From: the human T2T-CHM13v2.0 reference genome, Homo sapiens
Length of the DNA: 64,000 bases
Assembly: GCF_009914755.1 (NCBI RefSeq)
Contig: NC_060934.1
Reading direction: 5' to 3' (one strand)
Under the pieces are notes generated by a model. That model searched no databases, had not been told where the DNA came from, and worked only from the letters and a program-made list of their open reading frames with translations. Below, piece by piece: positions 44,152-63,034 of the stretch. The translations under genes were made by a program, and so were the position numbers. Numbering within the stretch: the first letter of the stretch is position 1; every line of letters starts with the position of its first letter.

Positions 44152-44902
44152 CCAAGAAGGGATATTTGAGTTGATCCTAAGAGAATGATAGACTGCTGAT
44201 AAAGCTAAATAGACTTTTTTAGAGTGTTCCATTATTTTTGTATTTTGTAGTTAATGCTTAATATGAGTAATCATGCTTTAGAAAGAGAAAGCACCAATCA
44301 AAACAAGCCTATTTTCTTTTCACCTAGGCATAGTACTTGGTATGAGTTGGCCTAGAAACAACTGCATATTCTACTCACACTGCTGCATGGTTTGCCTAAG
44401 AGTACTCCATAGATGGACTATTGAAATTTGGGTGTGGGTTAAATTTTCATAAATCAAATTTCATTTCCCATTATCTTACACCTAATTAAAGAGATAATGT
44501 GCCTTCTGATGACCCTGTAATTGGCAGTTGTAACTGGCCCTTTAACTTTGTTTCCCTGCGCTGCAGCTCCTGTCTCCAGCAGTTAGTTCATCATCTGTAC
44601 ACTAACAGTAAGCTACGCGGGCAGGCACTATTTTAAAAAACACACACAAAGCTGTCTGTGAATGGCAAAGGAATCAGAGCAAGTCATTACTCTCTAGTTC
44701 ATTTGGCTAGAAAGGTCAGGTCGCCTATATTGACTTTTCATGAAAACTAGGCGAACTAGTAGTTTTCATGCACAATATGTCAACAACCTGTTATATTTGA
44801 AATTCTTTTTAAATTAGGTGGGTGAATGGTGTAAAACTTCACTATATTTTCTCCCTGCCTGTTAATTGACTTGCTAATCTCCTGCCAATATATGTCCATT
44901 TT

Positions 44903-45772
44903 AAAAAACAAACAACCCCATCAAAAAGTGGGCAAAGGACATGAACAGACACTTCTCAAAAGAAGACATTTATGCAGCCAAAAAACACATGAAAAAATGC
45001 TCATCATCACTGGCCATCAGAGAAATGCAAATCAAAACCACTATGAGGTATCATCTCACACCAGTTAGAATGGCAATCATTAAAAAGTCAGGAAACAACA
45101 GGTGCTGGAGAGGATGTGGAGAAATAGGAACACTTTTACACTGTTGGTGGGACTGTAAACTAGTTCAACCATTGTGGAAGTCAGCGTGGAGATTCCTCAG
45201 GGATCTAGAACTAGAAATACCATTTGACCCAGCCATCCCATTACTGGGTATATACCCAAAGGACTATAAATCATGCTGCTATAAAGACACATGCACACGT
45301 ATGTTTATTGCGGCATTATTCACAATAGCAAAGACTTGGAACCAACCCAAATGTCCAACAATGATAGACTGGATTAAGAAAATGTGGCATATATACACCA
45401 TGGAATACTATGCAGCCATAAAAAATGATGAGTTCATGTCCTTTGTAGGGACATGGATGAAATTGGAAATCATCATTCTCAGTAAACTATCGCAAGGACA
45501 AAAAACCAAACACCGCATATTCTCACTCATAGGTGGGAATTGAACAATGAGATCACATGGACACAGGAAGGGGAATATCACACTCTGGGGACTGTGGTGG
45601 GGTGGGGGGAGGGGGGAAGGATAGCATTGGGAGATATACCTAATGCTAGATGACGAGTTAGTGGGTGCAGCGCACCAGCATGGCACATGTATACATATGT
45701 AACTAACCTGCACAATGTGCACATGTACCCTAAAAGTTAAAGTATAATTAAAAAAAAAAAAAAAAAAAAAAA
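44903..45772 (+). mobile_element. 5'-truncated young L1 (L1PA2-like)
   Basis: uninterrupted ORF2 C-terminal 200 aa (44941-45543), 3'UTR G-rich tract, 'gatgacGAGttagtggg' (non-Ta), poly-A. Confidence 0.95.
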
Positions 45773-45779
45773 GGATTGT

Positions 45780-46089
<310 letters not shown>

Positions 46090-47089
46090 TCATCAAAAAA
46101 CAGAGCAAATTACACTTTGGCAGAAACATGAAGGCTAATACTTGAATCCAAGCACCCATTCCCTCTGGGCTTACCACACTGAAGGCAAAATGAGTGGGGT
46201 TGGTTTTTCTCCTCAAGAAATGTTGTTCTGGGACAGTGAGTCATTGGTTTTTGTTCTTGCAACCCTTCATCATCTAACAGGTTTGGTTAACTCAAGAAGT
46301 TCTAGGAAATGTTCAAACACTGCAGATATTTATCAAGGGGCATTTTTAGGAGTAGCAGAGTGTCAAGAACTCAAATTGACATCTAGTGGCAACACTTCTA
46401 AAGATTGGGGCCCCGTACTATATACAATGCTAAATTTCCAATGCTGTGATTGGAAAAGACTATGAGAAGGCCTCTAGTCTCTTCCCACTACCATCATCTG
46501 CAGCAGGCCCACACCACCCAAATCAACACAGGTATGGAAGAATCGCCCCCTGCCACAGGAGTGGGCAGTAAGCGTTAGAACACAGATTGCCGAGTTCTGG
46601 TTCTCAGTCCACCCAAGTCTGGTCTGTTTCCCTAACTGTAGAAGGAAGGTGTTAGAAATGGAAAATCCTTAATATATTCTTTGATTTTTTCAAAACAGAA
46701 TAATTGATTTTTATCATCTTTCTTAGTATACCTTTCACGTTCTGCACAATTATTCTAGATTCAAACTGAAGATTGTGGTTCATGTCAAGAGTCAGTTTGG
46801 TCACTGAACACTGTCTCATCCAGCTGTGGGACACTCATATGAGCTTGGTCATAGGTGGCTCATCTTCCCCCACTTACTGGGTTTCCATAATGCCATTCTC
46901 TTGGGCTGTTAGATAAAATATTTACAACCCATCCCTCCATCATCATCAAAGCAATTTATTTGCACAAACTCCACTGTCACTAAATCACATGAATGCATCC
47001 ATCTTTCTTATTTTCATCTTTTTGAAAATTAGCCAGCATGAAAAATAACAGCAATCGATTAAGCTATTGCATTGTGAAGAGTAGCTTAG

Positions 47090-47518
<429 letters not shown>

Positions 47519-48007
47519 TGAGACTGCCAGATTTCTATGAGAATTACAGGGTTTTCAAGTCATTATGGAGAAAATGATTGAGGTTCAGTGTCATTGGAAA
47601 AAGCATATTCTTAATTTGTCTATAATTTTTCCTTTAATTGGTAGTTTGGCTCCATTTTCAAAGTACTTTTGAAGCTTTCTTTTCCAATTTGGCATCAAAG
47701 TTATTTTTCTAAGTGCCATTCAATTTGGGACTTATTTTCTATTTTGATTGACATAAAATATGTCATTCTGAAAGGAAAAATATCAACACAGTTTTTGAGT
47801 AAGAAACTCAGTAACATTGAACTTAGTAATCACCTCCCTAGGAGTGAAATTTCATGGTCATATATATTGAAAAAACCTCACAATATAACCAACATGCTAT
47901 CTGAATCTTGATTGAGATTCCACATCATAAGTGCTAATTTCAGTTCTGACTATAACCAATTTGTTAGTTTATACTTACTCTTTACTAAAGGAAAGAAGAG
48001 TAGGAAT

Positions 48008-48303
48008 AGGATGGTGCGGTGGCTCACACCTGTAATTCTAGCACTTTGGGAGGCCGAGGTGGGTAGATCACATGAACCCAGGAGTTCAAGACCAGCGTGG
48101 GCAACGTGGCAAAACCCCATCTCTGCAAAAAATTATAATAATTAGCCAGGCGTGGTGGCATGTACTTGTAGTCCCAGGTACTGGAGAGGCTGAGGTGGAA
48201 GGATCACCTGAGCCTGGGGAGGTTGAGGCTGCAGTGTGTCGAGATTGTGCCACTGCACTTCAGCCTGGGTGACAGAGTGAGACCCTGTCTTAAAAAAAAA
48301 AAA
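48008..48303 (+). mobile_element. AluJ
   Basis: dimer with A tail. Confidence 0.88.
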
Positions 48304-50089
48304 GAGTGAGAATAATGAAACTGTGCACACGCAGGCCTTTTAATAAACTTTCCCCCTGTACGCAGCCCATTCTAGCTATATATATTTCTTGGTCCCAGCC
48401 TCTTCAAATAAAAATTGTTTTATTCAAAAGTATGACCTAGCCTTATACAAGATAAGATAGCCCACTTAAAAGTGGCATAAAAGGCCACTTTTATGCATCT
48501 CCATTTTAGGTTGGTTACAAGAGGCACAGAGAGACCAAAGCCCATGGGATGCTCGTGAGAGTAGGAAATTGGGTGGGAAGGGTGGACTCGGGAGACAACC
48601 TGACATCTCTCTACTTGAAGCCTAGCAATAAGGTTCAAAGGTTCCTCATGCCTTGTTTTCCCTTCTCTCTACATGATTAAGATCCCATTCCTGTAACAGA
48701 TAGCAATGTGTTTATGCAGTAAAATTAGATAAGGGAGATTACTAGGGAAGTCACTACTCAGTTAGGGATGTCAGTGGTGCTCACTGCAGGTCCAGGTTAG
48801 TAATAAGAACTCTGGACTAGTAGCTAGGAGTGCTTGAATCTAGATTAGTTCTACTTTCTAACTCGATGTGTGACATTTTTTCCACTTAATTTTTTTGGCC
48901 TTGGTTATCTTATTGGAAAAAATATTCAAGTTGCACAAATAACTAAATGATGCCTGAGTTTTCATTCAGTTCTAAAACTTCTCAACTGAGCAATCTGTTG
49001 TTGAAAGGAGAGTACGAGTTCTAAAAGCTACTCTAGGGAGCTCTGCATTCACCAAGCCGCTCCATCATTGTTGGGAAGAAAATACTAAGGTTGACTCATT
49101 GTCAAAGCCACATTCTACTCAAACTCAATGTACATAACTCGAATTCTAGCCACATTCCAGCCAAATTGAGATAGCTGTTCAAATAGTCATGGATTTATTT
49201 AATAACTGACTTCGAAATTCTTTACTTCTTTCAAGGTGGCATTAACAAGTATTTCGGAATTTCAACAGAGATCGGTTTTCACGTGCTCTTCAATGATCCC
49301 TGTGAAATAAATCATATTCAAGGGTTTTTTTCCCCTTATGAGTTATTCGCCTGAAGGAAGAATTCTTCATTTCTTTTTCTTTTAAATGCATGTTGGAATA
49401 AAGTCTTCTTTGAAAAGTCTTAATGAAAAGAGCAAACGTGGAATAGCATCCACCCCAGTTCTTTCTCTGGTCCTTGCACTCTGAGAATGAAGTCTTAGAC
49501 AGCAGAATGTCAGGGGACTCTCATTGCGTAAAAGTCTGTGCCCTTCTGCGCCTTGGACAGTTATGGACAGAAGCCTTTAAGAAGAAGAAAATTAAAACTA
49601 GTTAATTTTTTAGTTAATTTTAGCAACACTACATATATGAGAGAGAGAAAAGATGGCATTTTCTGAATGAATGAGATGCCTCTGCATTTTGCCCAACTCA
49701 TTGGAGACTCAGGATAGAGAAAAGGGAGAAATTATGTTTAGAGGCTGATAAATTTCCCTATGGTTACTATCAAGAGATCAGACTCTTATTAACATTTGCA
49801 AAGTGTGAGCAGAGAAGAGCATTTGAACAATAAGCATAGATTAAGTACTCCTCTTTCCTTCATTCCCTTTTCTCTAGTCATATTCTCAGACAGTCCAGGC
49901 TAAGTATTAATGATCTTCTTTGAAGTTAAACATACCCTTGCTACTTTCATTACATTATTATTTTTATGTTCTTCCTTTTGGAGTACTCAAGGTAAATGAC
50001 ATGGCAGAATCTGTCCCAGTCCAGTGAGGGTGTCACATAAGAGGCCCTTGGCTTACCTCTATGCATAACTGGCCCACGTCACATCTTTA

Positions 50090-50405
<316 letters not shown>

Positions 50406-50762
50406 AGTCCAAGTTACTGTTGCAGGGATTGGGACATCTTGCCTTTCTCAAGTTGAGCAATATTCCCAAATATAAAAATGTAGGATCTTAGTCCAATCAG
50501 AGCAGATATTTGGTGTAGGGCATTTTCTAATGTAGTACCAATAAATTAGACGCATACCTCAACCAAAAAACAGCCCATATCCAGTAAGTAATAAGGCAAC
50601 GATTTACATTTCACATATTACCAGAGTAATGACTAATAGCATACATGTATAAACTGAAAAGTGACTGATGCTTATTTTCAGATGGGTCCAAATTTATTGG
50701 ATAATTATGGAGAATAATGTATGTTTTCTGAGAGTTGGTAGTAAGAAAATATTGCCATTGCT

Positions 50763-50937
50763 GGCCAGGCACAATGGCTCACACCTATAATCCCAGCATT
50801 TTGGGAGACTTGAGGTCAGGAGTTCATGACCAGCCACCTCAGCCTCCCAAGTAACTAGAACTACTGGTGCATGCCACCAAGTCCAGCTAATTTTTTTTTT
50901 TTTTTGAGACGGAATATTGCTCTGTCACCCAGATTGG
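50763..50937. mobile_element. Composite of inverted Alu fragments
   Basis: plus-strand left-arm piece fused at about 50835 to minus-strand right-arm/tail pieces. Confidence 0.8.
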
Positions 50938-51097
50938 CTGTGTTCTCCATTCTAAGTCCAGTGGTTAGAAATTGTCAAGTTCTCACATCTGCAAAAAAAG
51001 TAAAAAAGATGAACCTGCTACATCTAAATATACTTTGTTGTCTTCCTACAAGTCCTATTTTACATACTTATGGCATTTTTACTGCAGTTTGAAAATA

Positions 51098-52157
<1,060 letters not shown>

Positions 52158-52234
52158 TATAATGCTTTAGTAGTCTCAAGTATGTTTTTTTTCTCATTAA
52201 GCCTTTGCTTAAGATGCAGGCAAGATTGATGCTG

Positions 52235-52315
52235 TTGGTTTGGTGCAAAAGTAATTGCAGTGCTTCCCATTTAAAAGTAATGGCACACACTGCAATTACT
52301 TTTGCTCCAACTTAA
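52235..52315. mobile_element. MADE1, full length (about 80 bp)
   Basis: ttggtgcaaaagtaattgcag ... ctgcaattacttttgctccaac inverted repeat. Confidence 0.92.
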
Positions 52316-52994
52316 TACTTGGCTTTATTGACTTTTAGCATCAGTGCAGTTTGGTTAATGATAAAATTTTCCAAAGCAGTGTCTCATCTGCAGGAGCAAA
52401 CTATAGCAAGGGCCCTGGCCATCAGTTCTCCCTTCTGGTCTTGATATTCCTTTTTAAACTGTCTTTCCGTACCCCTCCCTCCAGTGGGCTTGGCGATGTT
52501 GCATTAAATAGCAAAGAGAAGGAAACTCCTCCCCAGTCCTCACTGACCATTTCTTTTTCCACTCAGTCCTGCTCAGAATGTAGAAGAGAAGTTGAATTTA
52601 ATTCATAAATTCAGCAGCTTGAGGACTGTCGGTTTTGTCGTTATTTAGTGAAATAGTAATTGAATTGGGCTACAAGGTCATTGGAATCTGCTGTTTCATT
52701 TCATATCATTTTACGTGTTATTATTCTAATAAGAATACAAATGGAGTTTGATGCCATTTGCTGATCATCCATCTTATTGATGCCATTGAAAAGAACGCAG
52801 AAACACAAAGGGATTTATAAGGCATTTCAGTTTTGATGTCCTTTGAAAAATGAAAGTCTTTTCAGAAATGCAAAAGACAAAATGACTTAGAATTCCGTCT
52901 CGTTCTGCCCGGTTTGAGGGCATCCCTTCCTATTCCTTAGATAGCTGTTAATAAGAATCCTGAGGAAATCTGGGTTTGAATTTAAAAACAAAAA

Positions 52995-53594
52995 ATTTTT
53001 AAGAGACAGGGTCTCGCTTTGTCACCCAGGCTGGAGTGCAGTGGCACAATCATAGCCCCTGTAACCTTGAAGTCCTGGACTCAAGTGATGCTCCCACCTC
53101 AGCCTCCCTAGTAGCTGGAACTACTGGCACATGCCATCAAGTCCAGCTTTTTTTTTTTTTTTCTGAGATGGAATCTCACTTTGTCACCGAGGCCGTAGTG
53201 CAGTGGCGCGATCTCGGCTCACAGCAACCTCTGTCTCTCAAGTTCAAGTGATTGTCCTGCCTCAGCCTCCTGAGTAGCTGGGACTACAAGCATGTGCTAC
53301 TACGCCCAGCTAATTTTTGTATTTTTAGTAGAGACAGGGTTTCACCATATTGGCCAGGCTGGTCTGGAACTCCTGACCTTGTGATCCGTCCGCCTCAGCC
53401 TCTCAAAGTGCTGGGATTACAGGCATGAGCCACCACACCCAGCCAAGTCCAGCTAATTAAAAAAAAAAAAAAATCATAGAGATGGGGTCTCCCCGTGTTG
53501 CCCAAGCTGGTGTCAAATTCCTGACCTCAAGCAATCCTCCCACCTCGGCCTCCCAAAGCTCTGTGATTATAGATGTGAGCCGCCATGCCTGGCC
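52995..53594 (-). mobile_element. AluJ with nested AluS (about 53148-53443)
   Basis: TSD caagtccagct on both sides of the inner Alu. Confidence 0.9.
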
Positions 53595-53994
53595 TTAAAT
53601 TTTTCAAAAGCTTTTAAACCAATCTTAAAATGTTTTATCCTCTTAGAATCATGTCCCTAGTTTTATAGCTTGGAAATTCTTGCTCTTTTCAAATTGCTGT
53701 TTAACTCTGGCCTGATTGGAAGGTGGCAGCTTTTCAAATACAGGTCATGGCAGCACTCAACGTGGATTCCTCAGTTGCAGAAGACTGCTTTTGCTAGACT
53801 GCTGAATTTACTTCCAACTTTTCAGATGTTTCTGAGGTTGACCCTGGTGTGGTTCCCACTCAAAGTGGAGCAAGCAGGTGGGTGGCAGGTCTCTTCTTAG
53901 CGGCTTCCTAGAGGGAAGCCTCGTGAGTGGGATGGGGGACAGGTTGCCCTGGGGGAGCCCAGGAATGGGGAGACAAGGCCACCTGCTATGCAGA

Positions 53995-54372
53995 TGATAT
54001 AGTTTGGCTGTGTACCCACCCACTTCTCATCTTGAATTGTAGTTCCCATAATCCCCACATGTTGTGGGAGGAACCTGGTGGGAGGTAATTGAATCATGGG
54101 GGCGGTTTTCCCCATGCTATTTTCATAATAGTGAGTGAGTTCTCATGAAAGCTGATGGTTTTATAAGGGGCTTTCCCTTTCACTGGGCACTCATTCTTCT
54201 CCTTGCTGCTGCCATGTGAAGAAGTACGTGTTTGCTTCCCCTTCAACCATGATTGTAAGTTTCCTGAGGCCTCCCCAGCCCTGCAGAACTGTGAGTCAAT
54301 TAAACCTCTTTCCTTTATAAATTACCCAATCTCAGGTTTGTCCTAATCGCAGCATGAGAATGGCCTAATACA
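53995..54372 (+). mobile_element. THE1 (THE1D-like) solo LTR
   Basis: 'tgatatagtttggctgtgt..' to '..ctaataca'; 'gtgagtcaattaaacctctttcctttataaattaccca'. Confidence 0.92.
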
Positions 54373-54864
54373 GTAGGTTTTCCTGAGTCCTCTCTCTGAC
54401 TCACCCTCTGACGGGCAAAAGACAGTGGCAGCACTGCCAGCAATCAGCTGGGAACTTCTCCCCTGTGATAGAAAGCAGTGCTTGCTGGCTTCCCTTTGTG
54501 ATGCTTTTGGACAGCAGCTCTATGGACCTATGCCTTTTGTCCTTTGAGGACGGACGCACAGTCTGTGCAGCTCGAGGACGCCGTCATGGGTGAGATGCTG
54601 TGGAGTGTGATGACGCCACCTCTTAGGCTGTGTGTGAAAGTAGCGAGGAGAGGCAGGGTCTGCATGAGCCACTTTGGAGCAGGCCAAAACACTGTGGAGA
54701 AGCACATTACAGCCACAGTGGCGGTGTAAAGGGTCAGACTGACCACTGGCTTCTGGAAAGTCTTCATTTCTGAAAGACTGTCAGGTAGAAGATGGATGAG
54801 AGTTACTCTGTGAGGCCGGAAACCTAGAACTCAGACCATTGTGTGCAGACCAGGGAGAGGCAGT

Positions 54865-55080
54865 GTTTGGAGTGAGATAAGCAGGAATTTTGAAATTACA
54901 CAGACCCGGTTTTGAATTTACTCATGAGCTGTGTGGCTTAGAGAAAGCTGTTTAATCCCACTGACCTTCATCTGTGAAGTGTCCAAAAATAATACAGAGC
55001 TTGCAGAGTTGTGTGGATAAGGGATAATCTATCGAAAGCATGTGGCAAGTGGCAGACACAATGTGGGCACTAGGCAAGTG
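54865..55080 (+). mobile_element. MIR
   Basis: 'cagacccggttttgaat..gagctgtgtggcttag..catctgtgaa..cagagttgtgtggat'. Confidence 0.6.
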
Positions 55081-55364
55081 GCAAGTCCCTTGTATTGAGT
55101 CTTATTTGTCTATTCAGTGAATATTTGGATACCAACTCTGCTGTTCTGGGCATGATGTTAGCCACTGGGGAGACAGAAGGAATGAAAGAGATGAGTAACC
55201 TGATGTGTGCTGTCTAGTGGGGACTGCAAATAAAGTGGGTGTTACCACTAGCGTGCTCTACAGTGTTATGCTAGAGAGAAATTTACTTCCTTTGGCCACT
55301 CACTTCCTTGTTTTTAAATAAGAACTGAGTTAAAGTTGCTAACTGTGAAGACTGAGTAATTTGA

Positions 55365-55674
<310 letters not shown>

Positions 55675-57067
55675 CTCAGATTACTGTTTACTCAAATTAA
55701 TGGGGATGATTGAGGATGAAACAGTGCAGGGATTCCCCATTGTTTTGTTTTCTTCTTTGCATTTCTAGTGTCTGTTTTTTTTTTGTTGGTGGTGGTGGTG
55801 TTTTTTGTTTGTTTGTTTTTTTTTTTAAAAAAAGATCTGCAGAGGCTATTGTGTCCTTTGCATAACCCAAGTCCAGTAGCATCCTTGACTTCAAAGTCTG
55901 TTGGCATTGATGGCATCTGACTCAGTCATAACTATCTTTAATACATCATTATAAAATCTACAATATTGCTCAAGTGAAGATATTATCATGTAACTGGGAG
56001 ATATTACTAATTAATGAGTATGTGGAAAATTTTCCCTAGAAAATGAAGTGTTTGTGAAAGGGACTGAAGGATTTTTGCAGAAGAGTCTATGAGAAAGTTA
56101 TTATAAACCAAAGGGTTATGAATTCTGCATATGAAACATAAATAGCTATTAAATATTTTATTTCAATCAAAAAGTGTAATGAAATTAGAGCTTCTCATTA
56201 TGAATCTGGGATTTATATGGAAACTTATAAAACTAAAAGGTAATACATTCAAAATAGAAGCACAGATTTACCAATTAACTGGAGTTAAAACTTTTTACTT
56301 CTCTTTACAGTGACAGGAGAAAAATACATCCTAAATATGTTATTATGGTAAAAAAATAATATTGCTAGTGGACAGAAAAAATAGTCGTTAAGAGGGTACA
56401 AGTTCATCTGATAGTTGCAACTAACATTCTAAGGGGGTTCTCTAAGTTTAGTGTTTGATTTTCTTAAAAACCGATTTGAAAATTCATGGTGCATGGAACT
56501 CAGTGAAGGCTCCTCTGTTGAAGAAATAACTCTCTGAAATAAAATGAACATATAGGCCCTTTATCTTTTTTAATGGGATGGCGTGCTTAGGCCCATGAGG
56601 ATCGGTTTGGTAGAGGTTGATGTTCTTCCTTTATCCTTAATCATTGATGCCTCTCTAGAAAAGAAATGCTCATGTCTTTTAGGTGGAACCATAGGATATT
56701 GGTGATTACGTATGTCAAAAACAGTCAAATATCTGCAGTTTCATGTCATTCATGCTAATGAATTCTAAATTGGATGAAGACCTTGACTCACCAGATTTGG
56801 CAAGGAATAGGGGTCCGTATTTTAAGGACAAAAGGCTAGAAGCCTGTTTGCAAAACTCTAACAAACATTTTTGCTTTTCTAAGATTTCTGAAATAATCTG
56901 GAGTACACACAGGTGAATAATGTAAGTGAAGGAAAGTGAAAGGGTGCTATAAAGTAAAATGAAAAGATGCTGAATTTCAGCACTAATTTGAATATACCTA
57001 GATTCTAGATTGAAAATGACCTTTTCCGCACAGGTAAATAAAATGTTTCCATAAAGGAATAAACCTG

Positions 57068-57375
<308 letters not shown>

Positions 57376-58315
57376 TTATACTTCTTCAACTTAAGATGGA
57401 CATTTCTCTACCTAAGAATATAAAATTATCAAATACTCTAGAGAAAGTTGGGTTTATATTCAAATAGCACAATATCAACACATGTGAAGGTCAGTATTCC
57501 ATAGATGGGGATGTTGATAGCTAATTTCAAATCAGTGTGTTTTGTTTATTAAAGCTAGACTGCTGATAGGCAATATTTGCTAGAAAATAATGTAATTTTT
57601 AAAACTTTGATGTGTATTTAAAATAAAGTTTTCATTTTAGAACAGTTTGAGATTTACAGAAAAATTGTGAAGATAGCACAGAGCTCCCACATACAATGTA
57701 TGCAGTCTACTCTAGTATTAGCATCTTACATCAATATGGTACATTTGTTATGATTAATGAACCAATATTAACACAGTTATTATCTAAAGTTCATATTCAT
57801 TTTTTTGCCATCGTTTTTACCTATGTGTGATGTAAGTAATCATTCCATTTCAGTATACATGAATTACAAGATCAGAATTGTTAACCCATGCCCTGTGGGA
57901 AAGAACTTTATCAATTAGGGTACAGTGTGTTTGGACAGTTTCTTTTGTCTTTTGTCTTACAGAAATAGTTTGTTTCCAACATTAATTAGGTCAGCATCTT
58001 CTCCCCATCACCTTTCCACATACACTTACCCTCAGTGAGACTGTTTCATATATTTATGATACAGTTAGATTGCTTGGTAAGATCTGTTCCTTAGGCTCTT
58101 GGCTATGACAGTTTCTCAGACTCTCCTTGTTTTTAATGACCTTGACAATTTGGAGGAGTACTGGTGAGTTATTTTGTAGAATCTCCTTCAATTGAGACTT
58201 GTCTGATGATTTTATCATGAGTAGACTAGGGTTAATATGTTTTTGGAAGGAAGATCACAGAAATGAAAAGCCATTCTCATTATATCATTATATCATATCA
58301 AGAGTAACAATAATC

Positions 58316-58760
<445 letters not shown>

Positions 58761-59325
58761 GAATACTAATAATCTATATGATTTATTGCTATAAATATTA
58801 GCTTTCATCACGAGGCTGAGGAGTCTTTTTCAGGTTTCTCCACTGTAAGGTCACACACACCCCCACCTCTTTTCTATGTTGTCTTCTTTGGAAAGAAGTC
58901 ACTACGTGTTATCCACACTTGAGGAGTGTGCTATGTTCCCCCTCCTTCAGGGTGGAGAATCTGCATAAATTATTTGGAATTCTCTGCATAAGAAATTTGT
59001 GTTTATTTATCCCCCTGTGTTTATTTATTCAATCATTCGTTTATAACAGTATAGACTCATGGATATTTATTTTCACTTTGGGTTTGAATCCAGTATTACT
59101 TGATTGTTGCTGACATTCATCCAGCTTTGGCCACTGGGAGCCCTTTCAGTTGACCCCTGTGTTCCTTTGATATACCCTCTTCCCCTCTTCTTTGTGGTTT
59201 GTGGGTTCTTTGTTTTTTGTTGTTGTTTTGTGGCTCTTCTTTATGGCACTGAAAGATACTCCAGGCTCATCTTCTACATTTCCTGCCACAATCCTAAAAT
59301 CAACCATCTCTCTAAGGAGTTCTAA

Positions 59326-59669
<344 letters not shown>

Positions 59670-59921
59670 TGAGGTGTTGCTACTTTTAGGGCCTTTGACT
59701 GATAGAGCAAAGAAATATATGTGTGGATACTAAACCATGCATAGACACATATCTATATTTCCTTCTTTCTTTTGCCTTTCCCAGAATGTCATATAATTAG
59801 AATTGTACAATATGTAGCCTTTTCAGAGTGGCTTCTTCCACTTGGCAATATGCATTTAAGATTCGTCCATGTCTTTTTGTTGCTTAAGAACTTTTCATTG
59901 CTTCATAAGAAACTGACAAAC

Positions 59922-60226
59922 TGGCTGGAATGGTGGCTTACGCCTGTAATCCCAGCACTTTGGGAGGCCAAGGTGAGCAGATCACTTGAGGTCAGGAGTT
60001 CAGGAACAGCCTGGTCAACATGGCAAAATCCCATGTCTACTAAAAATTCAAAAATTAGCCAGAAGTGGTGGTGTATGCCTGTAGTCCCAGCTACTCAGGA
60101 GGCCGAGCATGAGAATCACTTGAACACAGGAGGTGGAGGTTGCAGTGAGCCAATGTTGTGCCACCGCACTTCAGCCTGAGGAACAAAGCGACACTCCATC
60201 TCAAAAAAATAATTAAAAAAAGAAAA
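59922..60226 (+). mobile_element. AluS
   Basis: TSD aagaaactga. Confidence 0.88.
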
Positions 60227-60371
60227 GAAACTGATGAACTGTCCTCTAAATTTGCTGTACCATTTTTGCATTTCCATTATCAATGAATGAGAGTTCCTGT
60301 TGCTCTGCATCCGGGTCAGCATTTGATATTATCATTTTCTGGATTTTAGTCATTATAGTAGTGTGTAGTAG

Positions 60372-62680
<2,309 letters not shown>

Positions 62681-62956
62681 TATCTTTTCATATGTTTATA
62701 TGCATCTGTTTGTGTTCTTTGGTGAGGTGGTTGTTCAGATCTTTTGCCCATTTTTTTAATTGGTTTTTTAAAAATTGAATTTTAAGAGTTCTTTGTATAA
62801 CTTTACTTATTTTTCACACCCAAATTTTCTAAGTATTTTGAGAGACCTTAAATGTGATCATCAACTTCTTAACTTCATAGATTTTAAAAGTTAGTTCAGA
62901 ATAAAGTTTACCCTTCCTCATTAATACACTTAATAATGCTTAGTTTTAACAAATTA

Positions 62957-63034
62957 TATACATACACACACACACACGCATATATATATATACACACACA
63001 CACACACATACACATACACACACACATACACACA
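62957..63034. repeat. (CA)n/(TA)n compound microsatellite
   Basis: direct sequence. Confidence 0.95.

Noticed and set aside
44941-45543. 200-aa ORF
   Set aside because: C-terminus of L1 ORF2p in a 5'-truncated element; no promoter, ORF1, EN or RT domain, so not a gene
46541-46560. CTCF-like motif (reverse GTGGCAGGGGGCGA)
   Set aside because: Lacks the conserved CC at the 5' core; too weak to call
54520-54770. CpG-containing stretch with overlapping 61-79 aa ORFs
   Set aside because: No recognisable protein similarity, splice structure, poly-A or TSD; not supportable as exon or pseudogene
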